Shown piece after piece: positions 61,371 through 64,000 of a DNA stretch of 64,000 bases (position 1 is its first letter; every line of letters starts with the position of its first letter). This DNA is from Octopus sinensis (lineage: Eukaryota). Where the stretch lies: contig NC_043008.1 of NCBI RefSeq assembly GCF_006345805.1, positions 39,060,001 through 39,124,000 of the forward strand, given 5' to 3'. Under the pieces are notes generated by a model. The model saw nothing but the letters and a program-made list of their open reading frames with translations, was not told where the DNA came from and did no database searches. A program made the position numbers and the translations under genes.

Positions 61371-61609
61371 CACTTCTTAATTTGAACGGAGGCAATGCAA
61401 CCGGAAACTAGAGGAGCAAAATTAAGATCCACACTCGAAAATCAAATAGATGCATATATTCATATATTTTTCCACATTTACAAATCGGATGTGTGGATCT
61501 TAATTATGTTCCTCTAATTGCCTCCGTTCAAATTAAGAAGTGAAATATAGCTCACTTGGAGCACTACAACTCCGGTCTTTAACACTACCAACCTCAAATT
61601 AAAGCTGTG

Positions 61610-61666
<57 letters not shown>

Positions 61667-61736
61667 CACATACATATATATATATATATATTTATATGTA
61701 TGTATATATATATATATTTATGCATGTATATATATA

Positions 61737-61783
<47 letters not shown>

Positions 61784-61823
61784 TATATATACATACATAT
61801 ATATATGCATATATATACATACA

Positions 61824-61869
<46 letters not shown>

Positions 61870-61979
61870 CATGTATCTATATATCTATATACCTGTCTAT
61901 CTATCTATCTATCTATCTATATCTCTCTCTATATATACATATATATATATGTATATATATATATGTATCTATCTATCTA

Positions 61980-62017
<38 letters not shown>

Positions 62018-62051
62018 TATATGTATATATGTACATATATATGTATATGTA

Positions 62052-62109
<58 letters not shown>

Positions 62110-62166
62110 ATATACACCACACATACATATACATATATATGTACATATATACATATATATATATGC

Positions 62167-62236
<70 letters not shown>

Positions 62237-62239
62237 TTC
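61610..62239. repeat. Long (AT)n-rich compound microsatellite
   Basis: Direct inspection. Confidence 0.95.
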
Positions 62240-62819
62240 TTTATATTATATTGAGGGTACTACTATTCGTAGATACCAACACGCTAAGAGGGACCAATGC
62301 GGTCAAAACTACTAAAAATAAACAAAATTTTACCGAATGCAAAACTTCAAAACACATCATTTTAAAAAAGAATTCAGTTGCATATCACATGTGATTTCGC
62401 ATTTAATGCAGAATATGCATTTCATGTTCGTCAGTGCAACAAACTCAAGAAATATAAGAAAAAACATAACATTACAAACTCGATAGCCAACCGTAGAATT
62501 CGTCGTAGCTTGTACGAATGTTTATCCTTACATATCTATGAAAATGGCGGGCTTTTTCGCAATGCATTTCGGTTACAAATTGCCTAGTAGGAATAAAAAT
62601 TCAGTATTGAACTATTCCGGTGAAAAATATAAATTAACAATTGAGGATAAAATCTTTAAAAGAAATTACCAGTAGTCAGCGTGAAAAACCTCGTAAGAGA
62701 AAAAATCCGTAAATTTTTCCTCTTTGAAAATATTCATTTATATTATATTGAGGGTACTACTATTCGTAGATACCAACACGCTAAGAGGGACCAATGCGGT
62801 CAAAACTACTAAAAATAAA
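62240..62819. repeat. Exact 83-bp direct repeat, 497-bp period
   Basis: tttatattatattgagggtactac...actaaaaataaa at 62240-62322 and 62737-62819. Confidence 0.9.
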
Positions 62820-62822
62820 TAT

Positions 62823-62900
<78 letters not shown>

Positions 62901-62904
<4 letters not shown>

Positions 62905-64000
62905 TTTGATACTTTGATACTTTGATAGGTTTCGGCCATTATTGGCCCAGGCCATGTCTAACTGAATAGCACCACCTGGTGAAGTCTTTCAAGTCAGAAT
63001 TGGGCACTATGGCCCACTCAAGTAGAGAGTTATTGTTTACAGAGACATATCCGGGTGTAGGGGGTTTATCCGGGATTTCTTGAAGGAATCTGTCCAAAGA
63101 CTTCTTGAACCCTATAGGGTCAGTTTCTGTTTTAATGTGTTTTGGTGTAATGTTAAAGAGAGCGGGGCAAATTGAGCTGAAATAATTGTGCCGTATTGTT
63201 GTTATGAGATGAGAGTGCGATTTTTGTTTTGGGCGGATGGCACGGGGCCCAAGCCTTGGATGTACCTTAAAGGTGATGCCAACATCATTTGGGCAATGCT
63301 GATGGAATATTTTCCACATCATGCAGATGATGTAGCGCTCACGACGACGTTGGAGAGAATAGAGTTTTAGCTTTTCTAGCCGACCCCAATAGTCGAGGCC
63401 TGTCATGCCATCTATCTTTTTTGTGATTGCCCTTTGAGGTGCTTCAACTTTTATGATACCTTGTATTGTGTGGGGAGACCACAGTGGACAACAGTATTCA
63501 AGGTGGGGTCGGGAAAAAGTGGAGAAGAGAAGGATAATGGTGTGGATATCTCTCGACTGGAAAGTTCTGAGAATCCAGGAACACATTCTGCGGGCCATGT
63601 CAACTTTGGTGTTTATATGAGTGGCCCAGCTTACGTTGTTGTCCACAATTACTCCCAAGTCTCTGATGTTGTTGGACGCCGCGAGAGTTTCACCTGAAGG
63701 AAGGGAGTATGGGAGTTTCAGGGCATCCTCTTTTCCAAAGTGGATTAGCTCAAATTTATCCTCGTTCAGCAGCATATTGTTTTTTTCTGCCCATTGGATA
63801 ACAGCCAGTAGATCTGACTGAAGGCATGACCGGTCACTCGCCTCATTTATGACCTTCTGTAGCTTGGAGTCATCTGCAAAGATTTTTATGTTGCTGTGCT
63901 TGATGATGTCATTAATGTCATTAAGGTAAATGATGAAAAGAAGTGGGCCCAGCACAGTGCCTTGCGGAACGCCACTACTGACTTTGGCTGGGCTTGATTT
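62901..64000 (-). mobile_element. CR1-clade LINE 3' end (family B), runs off the window
   Basis: 338-aa open frame LGPLLFIIY, FADDSKL, RPHLEYCCPLWSP, YWGRLEKLKLYSLQRRRERY; 8-bp repeat tail (ATCAAAGT)3 abutting (AT)n. Confidence 0.92.

Noticed and set aside
61612-62394. Long YI/HT/CV-repeat ORFs (also 12811-13105, 20444-20841, 33693-34450, 40503-41118, 42625-43113)
   Set aside because: Microsatellites without stop codons

Overview
Repeat-dense, AT-rich animal genomic DNA, very likely octopus (inferred from the SINE families and microsatellite load). The only host genes are three paralogous single-ORF receptor guanylyl cyclases of about 5 kb each. Copy 1 is 15088-20131 (-) and is broken by two 1-bp deletions; copy 2 is 35234-40279 (-), intact, 1681 aa; copy 3 is 54664-59727 (+), intact, about 1687 aa. 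Each reads signal peptide, three putative Ig-like repeats, Venus-flytrap (ANF-receptor-like) domain, three EGF-like repeats, TM helix, pseudokinase, class III cyclase. Copies 1 and 2 alternate between near-identical and strongly diverged blocks. The rest is transposon debris: CR1-type LINEs (two with a Myb/SANT plus CCCH ORF1), Tx1/L1-type, RTE, RLE-type and Penelope-like retroelements, mariner, piggyBac and Merlin remnants, four MITEs with 8-9 bp TSDs, tRNA-derived SINEs and microsatellites. All family assignments are by motif recognition and manual alignment; no searches were run, and repeat boundaries are approximate unless a TSD is given.
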